Below are positions 19,773 to 28,286 of a stretch of DNA of 64,000 nucleotides, in pieces. How positions within the stretch are numbered: the first letter of the stretch is position 1; the number at the start of each line of letters is the position of its first letter. This DNA is from Candidatus Woesebacteria bacterium RIFCSPHIGHO2_01_FULL_38_10 (GTDB lineage Bacteria; Patescibacteriota; Microgenomatia; UBA8517). The translations under genes and the position numbers were made by a program. Location of the stretch: the NCBI GenBank assembly GCA_001792215.1, contig MGGC01000033.1, positions 2,527 through 66,526 of the forward strand, given 5' to 3'. The notes under the pieces were generated by a model. That model was not told where the DNA came from. It saw nothing but the letters and a program-made list of their open reading frames with translations, and made no database searches.

Positions 19773-21344
19773 AGTAGGACGAGAGGGTCGCAAAGACCCC
19801 TTTTGGGTTGATTTATCGGGCAATTCGTTAGGTTCGAAAATCTTCGCTCCATTTTTTGCCAAATTAGCCACTTTCGAACCGTTAGTCTCAAGCACTGCAT
19901 TGTGTATCAGTTTGAAGGCTTTGGAATACTCGTAAGCCAGAACTCCTTGGGTTAGGGTCATGTTAGTAAATACCAGATTGATAAGTCGTCTTTGTTCTTC
20001 CAAAAGGTGGCATTCTTTGGCTCGCAGGTAGATTTCTTTGGCTCTCTGGGAGAGTTCATAAAGGTTAATCCCCAAATCAAAGTGGTTATTCTTGGCTTTG
20101 GTATGTTTCTCAATCGCTGCCACAATGTCTGCCTTCTCTTGGGTATATTGCCTGAATTTCTGGTCATAAAAGGCTTTGGTGATCTTTTCATCCAGTTTGT
20201 CGTCATACAGGCGGTCTAAGCGCTTCTCAACCTGCGCCAGGCGGATTTGTAGTTCTTTGAGGCTGCTGGTTTCGTATTCAGTGGCATCCTGATGGCTTTC
20301 TTTGAGAGCCTTTTTAAGCCATTCGGCAATATGGCTGTTTTTTAACTGTAGTCCTTCAAAGCCTGTTAATAGCTGGTTCTCAATCACATCCTCTCTTGTC
20401 CATTTCTTCTGGGAGCAGTTGCGGTAGTGATTACAATGTCCATAGATAATGTTCTTGTGAATTTCCCAGGTGACCGTGCCTTTACACTCGGCGCATTTGA
20501 GTAATTGCTTAAAGAGAAACATATGTCTATTTATTTTAGGTGTATTTTTACCAGCCAGCACTAACTGTATCTTATCAAAAATCTCCTGACTTATTAAAGG
20601 CTCATGTTTGCCCTGATAAATCTCTCCGTTCCACCTGATCTTACCGATGTAAAACGGGTCTTTGAGAAGTTGATGGACACGGCTTTTGTAGATTCTGCCT
20701 CCTGTTGACGAGCGAAGTCCCGCCTCAAACATTAAATCAGCCAGTTTTTTGACCGAGCAGTCTCCTTCTGAATACTGTTCAAGGAATCTGCTTATAAGAG
20801 GAGCGGTGATTTCATCCTGGACATGGGTTTTATGTCCACGCTCACCAACGGTTTTATATCCTGGCAGTGGTCGGCAAGGTAACCATCCCTGTGACAGCTT
20901 CTCCTTTTGCCCCTTCTTTACTTCCTCGGATAAGTTATCAATGTAGTTTTTGGCAAAGATAATGCGCACACCCCAATTGAGTTTGTCTTGGGAGCGGGAG
21001 TTTTTGTGGAGGATAAGGGAATCTTTGACCAGATGGACTTGGCGTTCTTCGTCCTCCTCCAGCCATTCGTCGATCATCACCGCATCTTTAAAGTTTCTGG
21101 TTAAGCGGTCAACCTTCTCGCAAATGATAATTTTAATGTTGTTTTTCTTAACATACTCCGTCATGGATGAGAAGATCTCTCGTTGTTTCCTCCCGCTTGC
21201 CGATTCAGAGATGGAGAAGATTTTAGTCACTCCAAAGACCAGCTTCTCGGCGTAGCCCTTGAGTAGCTTCTCCTGGGCTGGCAGTGAGTAGCCTGTTTCT
21301 TCTTGTTCTCGACTTGATACTCGGCAGAGCAGGACAGCTTTCAT
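19740..21344 (-). CDS. Large serine recombinase (integrase).
   Basis: 534 aa. N-terminal resolvase/invertase catalytic domain with the Ser nucleophile (LLCRVSSREQEETGYSLPAQ), a recombinase domain, a zinc ribbon (CAECKGTV...CNHYRNC) and a coiled-coil. Its last 30 nt overlap the 3' half of tRNA-Gln on the opposite strand. Confidence 0.9.
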   Translation of the reverse strand: MKAVLLCRVSSREQEETGYSLPAQEKLLKGYAEKLVFGVTKIFSISESASGRKQREIFSSMTEYVKKNNIKIIICEKVDRLTRNFKDAVMIDEWLEEDEERQVHLVKDSLILHKNSRSQDKLNWGVRIIFAKNYIDNLSEEVKKGQKEKLSQGWLPCRPLPGYKTVGERGHKTHVQDEITAPLISRFLEQYSEGDCSVKKLADLMFEAGLRSSTGGRIYKSRVHQLLKDPFYIGKIRWNGEIYQGKHEPLISQEIFDKIQLVLAGKNTPKINRHMFLFKQLLKCAECKGTVTWEIHKNIIYGHCNHYRNCSQKKWTREDVIENQLLTGFEGLQLKNSHIAEWLKKALKESHQDATEYETSSLKELQIRLAQVEKRLDRLYDDKLDEKITKAFYDQKFRQYTQEKADIVAAIEKHTKAKNNHFDLGINLYELSQRAKEIYLRAKECHLLEEQRRLINLVFTNMTLTQGVLAYEYSKAFKLIHNAVLETNGSKVANLAKNGAKIFEPNELPDKSTQKGSLRPSRPTWLPSHDSNVD

Positions 21345-21390
21345 AGGTTTTTGTTGCTAACACAACACATAAATGAAACTTCAAGTAATA

Positions 21391-21993
21391 TCAACTTGAA
21401 CTATCATCTTTGTTGTCCTCTAACTGTTTTTTATTAAATTCCATTTCTAACTTTGTTATTTCCTTTGACAATTTTTCCTCTTCTGGGGTAAGGGGTTTTT
21501 GCTCTGCTTCGTCAATGCCTCCTACTATCTGATGTTTGCCGATTGATTCTCCAAATTCTGTCCTGTGCATTTCCCATAATGCTTTGACTTCCTGGACAGT
21601 TGCTGGCTCGCCTGCCTGCATTTGCTTTTTTAATGCCTGCAGTTTACTCCAGAATGCTTCCGTGATCAGATATGCTCTTTTCTGCCTGATTTGAGTTGAC
21701 TTCTTTTTCAAGCTCTCCAAGTCTTCTGTTAACTTCTTATCTGCCCGTTTAATCCACTGGTATTTAACCGACCAGCGTTCAATCGTCCTTTCTGAGGGTA
21801 AATTCCCAAGTTTAGTGCCAAAAATCACCGACAACTCTCCTACAGGATTCCGACATATTTGCTGCCATGCTTGGATCAGCTTGGAAACACTTCCTACTTC
21901 GCAATAAAGGAGGAATGCAGTATATTGACTTTCTGTCTCTCCAGGCATCTTTGAAGTTATTAGTTTTTCTGGTTGGTCACTTATTTTGTTCAT
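21391..21993 (-). CDS. Hypothetical protein (200 aa) in the recombinase operon.
   Basis: ORF closely packed with the neighbouring minus-strand genes. No motif recognised. Confidence 0.5.
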   Translation of the reverse strand: MNKISDQPEKLITSKMPGETESQYTAFLLYCEVGSVSKLIQAWQQICRNPVGELSVIFGTKLGNLPSERTIERWSVKYQWIKRADKKLTEDLESLKKKSTQIRQKRAYLITEAFWSKLQALKKQMQAGEPATVQEVKALWEMHRTEFGESIGKHQIVGGIDEAEQKPLTPEEEKLSKEITKLEMEFNKKQLEDNKDDSSS

Positions 21994-22204
21994 GTTTTTT
22001 TATCCTCCTGTAAAATATCTGGTCAATCTTATTAGCTGCCCTAATTCGTTCTCCCATAGGCAGCGATTCGTCGTCGGCTTTATTAAGATGTCTTTCAAAA
22101 ACTGCATAACTTCTTGGATTCCAAGAGCTATAAATTCCTACTCTCAATAAAAGAGATCGAGCTTGTTTTCTTTCTAACTTTGTTAACAATTCTCGATGTT
22201 TCAT
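21977..22204 (-). CDS. Hypothetical small protein (75 aa).
   Basis: ORF overlapping its neighbours by a few nucleotides, a typical operon arrangement. Confidence 0.4.
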   Translation of the reverse strand: MKHRELLTKLERKQARSLLLRVGIYSSWNPRSYAVFERHLNKADDESLPMGERIRAANKIDQIFYRRIKKHEQNK

Positions 22205-22560
22205 GGTTGTTTTGTTTTTGAAACTTGTTTATTAAAAATCTTGTCTACTTTCTCCCTAAATTCCTGATACTTTTCTGGCGATACTGGTTCATATGGCGCT
22301 TCGGTTGCTCTTCCTGGAAGTGTCTTAGAATCTTTAAGAAATCTTCTCTCTCGATAAAAATCAGTAATATAAGGAATGGCAATCGTAAATGTTTGAAACA
22401 CAATTGCCCCACGGTCACCCCTTGCCATTGCTTCCTGAACTAACCTGGCTTGATTTTTCGACAGCTGATACTCCCTCTTTGAAACCGTGATAACTGTCCA
22501 AAGCTCCTCAAAATCATCGTCATTTAATGTGCCTGGCGTCAATTCCTCTTTTGCTGACAT
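22201..22560 (-). CDS. Hypothetical protein (119 aa).
   Basis: ORF showing translational coupling (overlapping start/stop). Confidence 0.45.
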   Translation of the reverse strand: MSAKEELTPGTLNDDDFEELWTVITVSKREYQLSKNQARLVQEAMARGDRGAIVFQTFTIAIPYITDFYRERRFLKDSKTLPGRATEAPYEPVSPEKYQEFREKVDKIFNKQVSKTKQP

Positions 22561-23242
22561 GTTCGCTCGCCTCCTTTCTGATCTGTATTGCGTCTCGTTT
22601 TACAAAATTCCATAGGGTTGCCAACCAATTTTTTCGAACCTTACCAGTTGATTCGTGCCAATTCACCATGTCGTCATATTTGCTCATAACAAAGGCAAGC
22701 GAAACCTGATAACGCTGCGCTGTATCCTGGAACTCAGCTTCGCCAAGGCTGGTAATGTCAGAATACTTTCCTTTAAGAGGAACTAAAACTTTCTCTTTAT
22801 TTATTTCTCTTTCAGTATCTGAAGAAATCTCTGAAGTAGTCTCTGGGATAGATTGTTGGTTTTCTTCAAATAAGTTTGTGGAATTTCCACAAACAAGTTT
22901 GCTGATATTCCCCAGATTGAGTTTGAAATGCCGTTTTGCAGGTATACCTTTTCGTTTAACTTCAACGAGTTTTAGATTTTTAATTTTCTGAATTGCCCCA
23001 TCCTGTTCATACCTTGAAAGAGCAGTTTCTTCCTCAATCTCGTCGATAGTTTTATAGATCCACTCTGGGTTTTGACCTTTTCCCCACCAGTATAAAAGTT
23101 GTGATAACAACAATCCTGCCTTTACCGATCCTATTGCTTTTGCTAATAAAGGATTGAAGGCTATGGGTTTGATACTTAGAACTTCCAACAATTTCTTGTT
23201 GTAGTTCGGACTACTGGTTTTATGTGTTTGGTTATTTTCCAT
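22520..23242 (-). CDS. Hypothetical protein with an N-terminal winged-helix region reminiscent of plasmid/phage replication initiator or replisome-organiser proteins.
   Basis: 240 aa. N-terminal segment LLSQLLYWWGKG...IDEIEEETALSRYEQDGAIQKIKNLKLVEV resembles RepA/DnaD-type wHTH domains. This is a weak call by inspection only. Confidence 0.35.
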   Translation of the reverse strand: MENNQTHKTSSPNYNKKLLEVLSIKPIAFNPLLAKAIGSVKAGLLLSQLLYWWGKGQNPEWIYKTIDEIEEETALSRYEQDGAIQKIKNLKLVEVKRKGIPAKRHFKLNLGNISKLVCGNSTNLFEENQQSIPETTSEISSDTEREINKEKVLVPLKGKYSDITSLGEAEFQDTAQRYQVSLAFVMSKYDDMVNWHESTGKVRKNWLATLWNFVKRDAIQIRKEASEHVSKRGIDARHIK

Positions 23243-23411
23243 ACGGTTTACTTTTATTTAGGCAACTTGTTTTCTTCTCTATCTGAGCCAAAGTTTCAAA
23301 ATATCCTAAAAGCGCAACACCCATCTTTGTAACCTCTTGCATGGTTAAATTGAGGCGAAAATCCTCCTCAAGTATTTTTTTCAGTTCCAGTAATAAAGAT
23401 TGGCTGATCAT
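23235..23411 (-). CDS. Candidate small ORF (58 aa, below the ORF-track cutoff).
   Basis: Minus-strand ATG at 23411. Translates MISQSLLLELKKILEEDFRLNLTMQEVTKMGVALLGYFETLAQIEKK... and overlaps the start of the 22520..23242 gene by 8 nt. Confidence 0.2.
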
Positions 23412-23418
23412 AAGTTTG

Positions 23419-23730
23419 CTACAATTTCTGTTGCCACAGCTTTTCTTTCAAACTTTTGATAACGGCAACAGCTTTCCTAAAATCGACCATTAAATCGGGG
23501 GAATTTTCAGGGGAGAAGTTGAATTGTTGAAGGAGTTCTTTTCTCTGGGGAAAATCTCTGAAGATAAAAACAAACTGCTTGGAATTGTTCTCTGATTTCT
23601 TGATGCCTATAATCTGCCCACCCTTGAGGATCAAAAAGACCGAGGCATAAAAATTGACCGATAAGTAATTTTGGTTTATATTTGCATCAGACATAGGCCG
23701 TTGTTCGCAGCCCATAAAAAAGGACTGCAT
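23419..23730 (-). CDS. Hypothetical protein (103 aa), first gene of the minus-strand operon that ends with the recombinase.
   Basis: ORF directly upstream of the small ORF at 23411. Preceded by a repeat-rich non-coding region. Confidence 0.35.
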   Translation of the reverse strand: MQSFFMGCEQRPMSDANINQNYLSVNFYASVFLILKGGQIIGIKKSENNSKQFVFIFRDFPQRKELLQQFNFSPENSPDLMVDFRKAVAVIKSLKEKLWQQKL

Positions 23731-23758
23731 AACTCCAGCACACTGCCATTTTTTGCGT

Positions 23759-23892
23759 GTTGCTATCGTGCAGTCCGTTTATTGCGTCCGATTATGTCTG
23801 AAAAACCTCTTGCAGGAAAAAAGAGGATTTATGCTTGGCGTTTCGAAGATCCTGCGGCGTGTCCTTTATTGCGTAGTTGCTTTCGTGCGGTC
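23759..23892. repeat. Imperfect repeated motifs, candidate iterons or operators.
   Basis: ttgctatcgtgcagtcc at 23759-23775 matches ttgctttcgtgcggtct at 23876-23892. (g)tttattgcgt at 23776-23786 matches tttattgcgt at 23864-23873. Confidence 0.35.
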
Positions 23893-24246
23893 TTGCTGTC
23901 CGAATCCTATTGCTTCACTAATTCCGATTAAAGGCAGATGTGCCTTCTATAAGTAATTCTTACAGAATTTATTCTGATAGTCAAGGGGTAGTGAAAAACC
24001 CTCAAAATTGATAGAATATAAGCATAAAGCCTAAACCCTTTTGGGGCATGGCTAAGAAAACCGATCAAGGTAGGAAGCTCCTCGTCAGAGCACCTTGATC
24101 GGTCATATCCCGAAAGGGGTATGGGTAGTCGAAAGGCTATCGCTGGCGGGGAGCTTTTTGTTTGGATTTGACAATCTCCCCGACACGAAGTTAACATGCA
24201 ACACTCAAGGCTAAATTATCGGTTTATGTCTGAGGGGAGGTGAAAA

Positions 24247-25119
24247 ATGAAAATGACAAATAAAAATAAGTCTAATTTTCTACCTGTTATCCTTATCCTT
24301 GCCATAGTTGCCATTCTTGCTGTAGTTTTAGCCCCTCGCATGGTTAGTCAATCAAAGATTGCTCAGACCTTGCAATCCAGCGCCAAGGACAAAGAAGTTG
24401 CAGAGCTTCTGGCTACGATGAGCAAGAACCCAAATAAGGACTCACAGGAGTATAAAGAAGCTCGCCAGAAGTTTTGCCTTTTGACAGCCAGACCAGTAAA
24501 AGAGCGAGAAAAGGCAATCGCCAACATTCGTGAGTTTCTGGGTATACCTGACATCCCAGTGGAGTTCCTTTGTAGCAGGTTTGCGGGTAAGCCAGATGAC
24601 AGCGAGACTGATTATAATAACCCAACCAGCGAACACTATGAAGCTGCACGCCACGGTTTTGAAGTCGATCCAAAAACCAACTACCTCATTGGAGTTGGAG
24701 ACGCCGAGCGCAGGACAGGAAGAAAAGAGGACGGCACCCGCTGGTCTGAACCACTGCCAGAGTATGATTACTCAGGTCGTTACAGCACACCAGAGGAAGT
24801 TAGAAAGGTCGCTGAGAAGTTTCTAACGGATCACAAGGACATTTTTGGTATTGATCTTACTAAGATGACCTACAAGTATGAAGGCACAAAGCCAGGCAAC
24901 TTCTTCATGCACTGGGAAGACAAAAGTGTCTCGGTAACCAAAGAGCATGAAGTCTGTGGGGATGTAGATCAGAACCGAGAGGGCGCATACCAAGACGCCA
25001 AAGGAGTATGGTGCATTAAGCAGAAGTCGACGAATTATCAAAGGATCGACATCGCTATCACCAACGGCGGGCAGATCATTATCTATCGCAACAACATCAA
25101 CGATCTGGACAAACTCTAA
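24247..25119 (+). CDS. Hypothetical membrane-anchored or secreted protein. GC-richer than the host genes.
   Basis: 290 aa with an N-terminal hydrophobic segment (FLPVILILAIVAILAVVLAP) and no recognisable domain. Confidence 0.55.
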   Translation: MKMTNKNKSNFLPVILILAIVAILAVVLAPRMVSQSKIAQTLQSSAKDKEVAELLATMSKNPNKDSQEYKEARQKFCLLTARPVKEREKAIANIREFLGIPDIPVEFLCSRFAGKPDDSETDYNNPTSEHYEAARHGFEVDPKTNYLIGVGDAERRTGRKEDGTRWSEPLPEYDYSGRYSTPEEVRKVAEKFLTDHKDIFGIDLTKMTYKYEGTKPGNFFMHWEDKSVSVTKEHEVCGDVDQNREGAYQDAKGVWCIKQKSTNYQRIDIAITNGGQIIIYRNNINDLDKL

Positions 25120-25152
25120 AACTGGTTGCTTGGTTTCTGCCAATATAAAAAC

Positions 25153-25296
25153 ATGAGAAGAAACTGGATGTTGGGATTTCTGGGGTTTCTTGGACTTCTG
25201 GGGATTCCAGGAATTTTAACCCAAGATTGGAAGGATATACTTTGGCTTCTTTGGCTTGCCTGGTTTACTTATTTTTTACCCCAAAAGAAAAAATAA
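25153..25296 (+). CDS. Candidate small membrane peptide (47 aa).
   Basis: ATG at 25153. Translates MRRNWMLGFLGFLGLLGIPGILTQDWKDILWLLWLAWFTYFLPQKKK, two hydrophobic segments. Below the ORF-track size cutoff. Confidence 0.25.
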   Translation: MRRNWMLGFLGFLGLLGIPGILTQDWKDILWLLWLAWFTYFLPQKKK

Positions 25297-25419
25297 CTCC
25301 CTACAGTCTGCAACAAATGCCCAACGAGGCTTCTGAAGCTAAATACAGGTGAAACTATGCCACCCCAGGCACGAAAGGCTGTTACGAGCCAACACAGGGG
25401 GTTACGATTAAGGCAATTC

Positions 25420-28284
25420 TCATATTCTGTATTTTTGTTGCCGTTTCTTGAAGGCTTCCGATCCACCTTCTAACACCTTAACCGCTCTATTCCGAATCTT
25501 AGGTTCTTCTATTGAACCTGAGATATACGAGATTTTTCCGTTGCTATCTCTATTTGCCAAAATAACCTGTTCTGCATCGCTGTTTATAACAACATTGCCG
25601 TTATTGGATACCAAGATAATCTGTCGATACTTTTTAGCTTCTCTTATAGAACCAATAAGCTCGTCCATAATAAATTCGTTATCCAGATGATCATCGTGTG
25701 AGTCGATAATGATAGGTTTGTCTCCTTCAGCTAAATAAATCTTAATAAGAACCGTAGCTTTTTGCCCCAATGAAAGTTTATTAACGCTCGTATTTTTGTA
25801 TTTAACAACGGGGATAACTGTAAGGTAGCTGTCATATAAGAATTTATAGAAATCACCAACACTTATCACACTTGAAGTTTTTATTTTACCTTTCAAGTCA
25901 TTACTCAAGTGCTCAAGCTCATCAACTAAAACATTCACCTTAGTTTCATCGCCAGCTGCAACTGCCTTATAGAATCCTACCAAACCCTTAAACACCCAAG
26001 TATCCCCATCTTCTGGTCTAACCATAACCTTCCTATTGTCGACTACATCCTCTGCATTTTTTAGTAATTGTTTAGAATTAAAATTAACTTCTGCAACAAA
26101 ATCAAGGTCAGAAAGCACCTGTGCCTTGTCTACAGAAAATAACGAGATAATCTCATCGTATTTTTTCTTCAACTCAAGAAATGCAGTAACCATTTGAGTA
26201 AACAGCTCTTTCCTTTCTTTGATCTCAGATGCAAGCTCTTTCTTCTTTTTCTTTAAGTTTTTATTTTCCTCCTCAGCTTTATTTAGAGCAATTTCCGTTT
26301 CCCTCTTTTTATCAAGTAGTGATGTGTGACTTCGTATTCCTGCTTCGAACTGATCAATATCTTTTTGAGCTTTTCCAATGTTCTCAATTGCCTTATTTAT
26401 CTCTTGCTCGATATAATCTAATTTCTCCTGCAATTTGTCTTTATCTGCGTATGCTAAATCAGGGAAGGATTCTGGGACTTTTAACTTCTTAAGCAATTGA
26501 TTGATTGAAGAAATGTAAGAGTTAAATGTTGGAAACTCTTGGTCAATAAAAGCAATCGCCTGTGTTAATTCCTCCTTTAACTTAATGAGCAGGTCTCTCC
26601 TGTTTTTTAAGTTTGCTATGGCTTCTTGCTTTCCTTTTGCGATTTTAACCTTTTTGCTATTCAGACTTTTCTCAAGTTCTGCAATTCTCTGGTTTATGTC
26701 TTTCAATCCTACCTTGAGCTGTTTTTCTTTAACCTTTGCTTTTTCGACAATTTCTGTTTTTGTCGCTTGCTCTGTTGACTCGATTGACTGTGACTTCTGT
26801 AGAATTTTCTGTTTAAGGTCACCAATCTTTGTCTGGATTTTTGAAAATTCGTATTTTTCTACTGAATTTTGTATCTTTGGACTTTGGAAAATTAAGTCAT
26901 TAACATACTCGTCAAGATCCGATTTCTCTCCAATATACTGTTCTAATTCCCCCTGGGCGATATAAGCAATTTGCCCCTCTTCAAAAAACGATAGGTCTGT
27001 AGCTTTTTTTGAAAATGTTGTCTTATCCTTGAAAGTTAACTCAGTTTTTAAGTCAGGGTTCTGATCCGAAATTCTCTTAATAAAAGAGTTCTCGTCGCCA
27101 GAATTAACTCTATCGATGTAACAGTTAGCAATCTGGTCAACAAAGGCTGTCTTACCAGTCCCTTTTCCTCCTGCTACTGCGACTAAGCCTGGATTAAGAT
27201 TTATATCTGTCTTGGCAATAGACAATTCGTCGTTAATTTTCGACTCTGTAATTTTTATCTGGTCGATTGTTAAATTACTTCTGGGTGGTATTGGGCAACC
27301 TGGTTGGATTGAAACTCTATCTTCTGGTTCATATAAAAGCTGTTTTAATCCTTCAAATGTTGGGTCTGCTTCTACCCAACAAAATCTCAAATCACAGGCA
27401 TCAGTCTTTTCACCACACTTATGTGTAGATACACCCCTTTTTGCACACGGGACTCCCACTTCATCAATGCAATGACTGTCTGATCCGTGTATACAAGATT
27501 TCAGAGTCTTAAACTCCTCTTTAAACTTCTTTTCACCTTCTTTATAGGGTTGTTTTCCAAGACACCACTGTATAGTTTTAGGATTAGAGGAAAAAACCAT
27601 ATCCGATTTCTGAAGAAGTCCTTTTCTCATAAGATGATCTTGACCATTCCAGTCAATCAAATTCGACAGTTCTTCGGGAAGAACAAGAAGATATTTTCCC
27701 TTGAAACGGCTATCTCCACTTAATAGCTCTGTTATTTCTTCATGGCTAACAACCGCATTCGATGCACCCAATTCCAGAGGGTTTCTTCCTTTGAAGAGTG
27801 CATGTTGAGATATAAGTTGTTTTCCTAAAACAGTTAAGTTGGATAGTTTTAATTTGCGACTCTCATCCTTGCTCTGGGGGTTACCTTCGTAATAAAAATG
27901 GAGATCATGTAGGAAATGTTCTTCTATATCTTGAGGAGATACTTCATCAGAAAAAATTACATGGTAATTTAGTCTTCGTGGATCAGTTCCGTCTTTTCTG
28001 CTTGAAATGACGCTGTTTAATCGAAACTCAATGTTCGGCAGAACCAACGAGATGTTTTTCAGTCTTCCTGCTTTTCTAAACTCCAGAATCTTCTTATATC
28101 CTTCTATTGAGAAGTAATCCGTTATTCCTACAGCAGCCAGATCAAGCCCCTCAAGTTTTTTAAGAAACTTATTCCAATCTGGCTCACCATTTGCCAGCTT
28201 AGGATATTTATTAGCGAGTATTGAAAGAGGACTGTGAACATGCAAATCCCACTTTCGCCATTCAGAACCTCTTGGATATTCCAT
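25420..28284 (-). CDS. PHP-domain phosphoesterase fused to an ABC/SMC-like ATPase with long coiled-coils, resembling the single-gene Ppl (PHP-like) anti-phage architecture.
   Basis: 954 aa. N-terminal PHP motifs (WDLHVHSP...AAVGITDY...). Walker A VAVAGGKGTGKTAFVDQ. Extensive coiled-coil. C-terminal ABC signature-like LSLGQK followed by Walker B PIIIDSHDDHLD. Confidence 0.7.
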   Translation of the reverse strand: MEYPRGSEWRKWDLHVHSPLSILANKYPKLANGEPDWNKFLKKLEGLDLAAVGITDYFSIEGYKKILEFRKAGRLKNISLVLPNIEFRLNSVISSRKDGTDPRRLNYHVIFSDEVSPQDIEEHFLHDLHFYYEGNPQSKDESRKLKLSNLTVLGKQLISQHALFKGRNPLELGASNAVVSHEEITELLSGDSRFKGKYLLVLPEELSNLIDWNGQDHLMRKGLLQKSDMVFSSNPKTIQWCLGKQPYKEGEKKFKEEFKTLKSCIHGSDSHCIDEVGVPCAKRGVSTHKCGEKTDACDLRFCWVEADPTFEGLKQLLYEPEDRVSIQPGCPIPPRSNLTIDQIKITESKINDELSIAKTDINLNPGLVAVAGGKGTGKTAFVDQIANCYIDRVNSGDENSFIKRISDQNPDLKTELTFKDKTTFSKKATDLSFFEEGQIAYIAQGELEQYIGEKSDLDEYVNDLIFQSPKIQNSVEKYEFSKIQTKIGDLKQKILQKSQSIESTEQATKTEIVEKAKVKEKQLKVGLKDINQRIAELEKSLNSKKVKIAKGKQEAIANLKNRRDLLIKLKEELTQAIAFIDQEFPTFNSYISSINQLLKKLKVPESFPDLAYADKDKLQEKLDYIEQEINKAIENIGKAQKDIDQFEAGIRSHTSLLDKKRETEIALNKAEEENKNLKKKKKELASEIKERKELFTQMVTAFLELKKKYDEIISLFSVDKAQVLSDLDFVAEVNFNSKQLLKNAEDVVDNRKVMVRPEDGDTWVFKGLVGFYKAVAAGDETKVNVLVDELEHLSNDLKGKIKTSSVISVGDFYKFLYDSYLTVIPVVKYKNTSVNKLSLGQKATVLIKIYLAEGDKPIIIDSHDDHLDNEFIMDELIGSIREAKKYRQIILVSNNGNVVINSDAEQVILANRDSNGKISYISGSIEEPKIRNRAVKVLEGGSEAFKKRQQKYRI

Positions 28285-28286
28285 AT

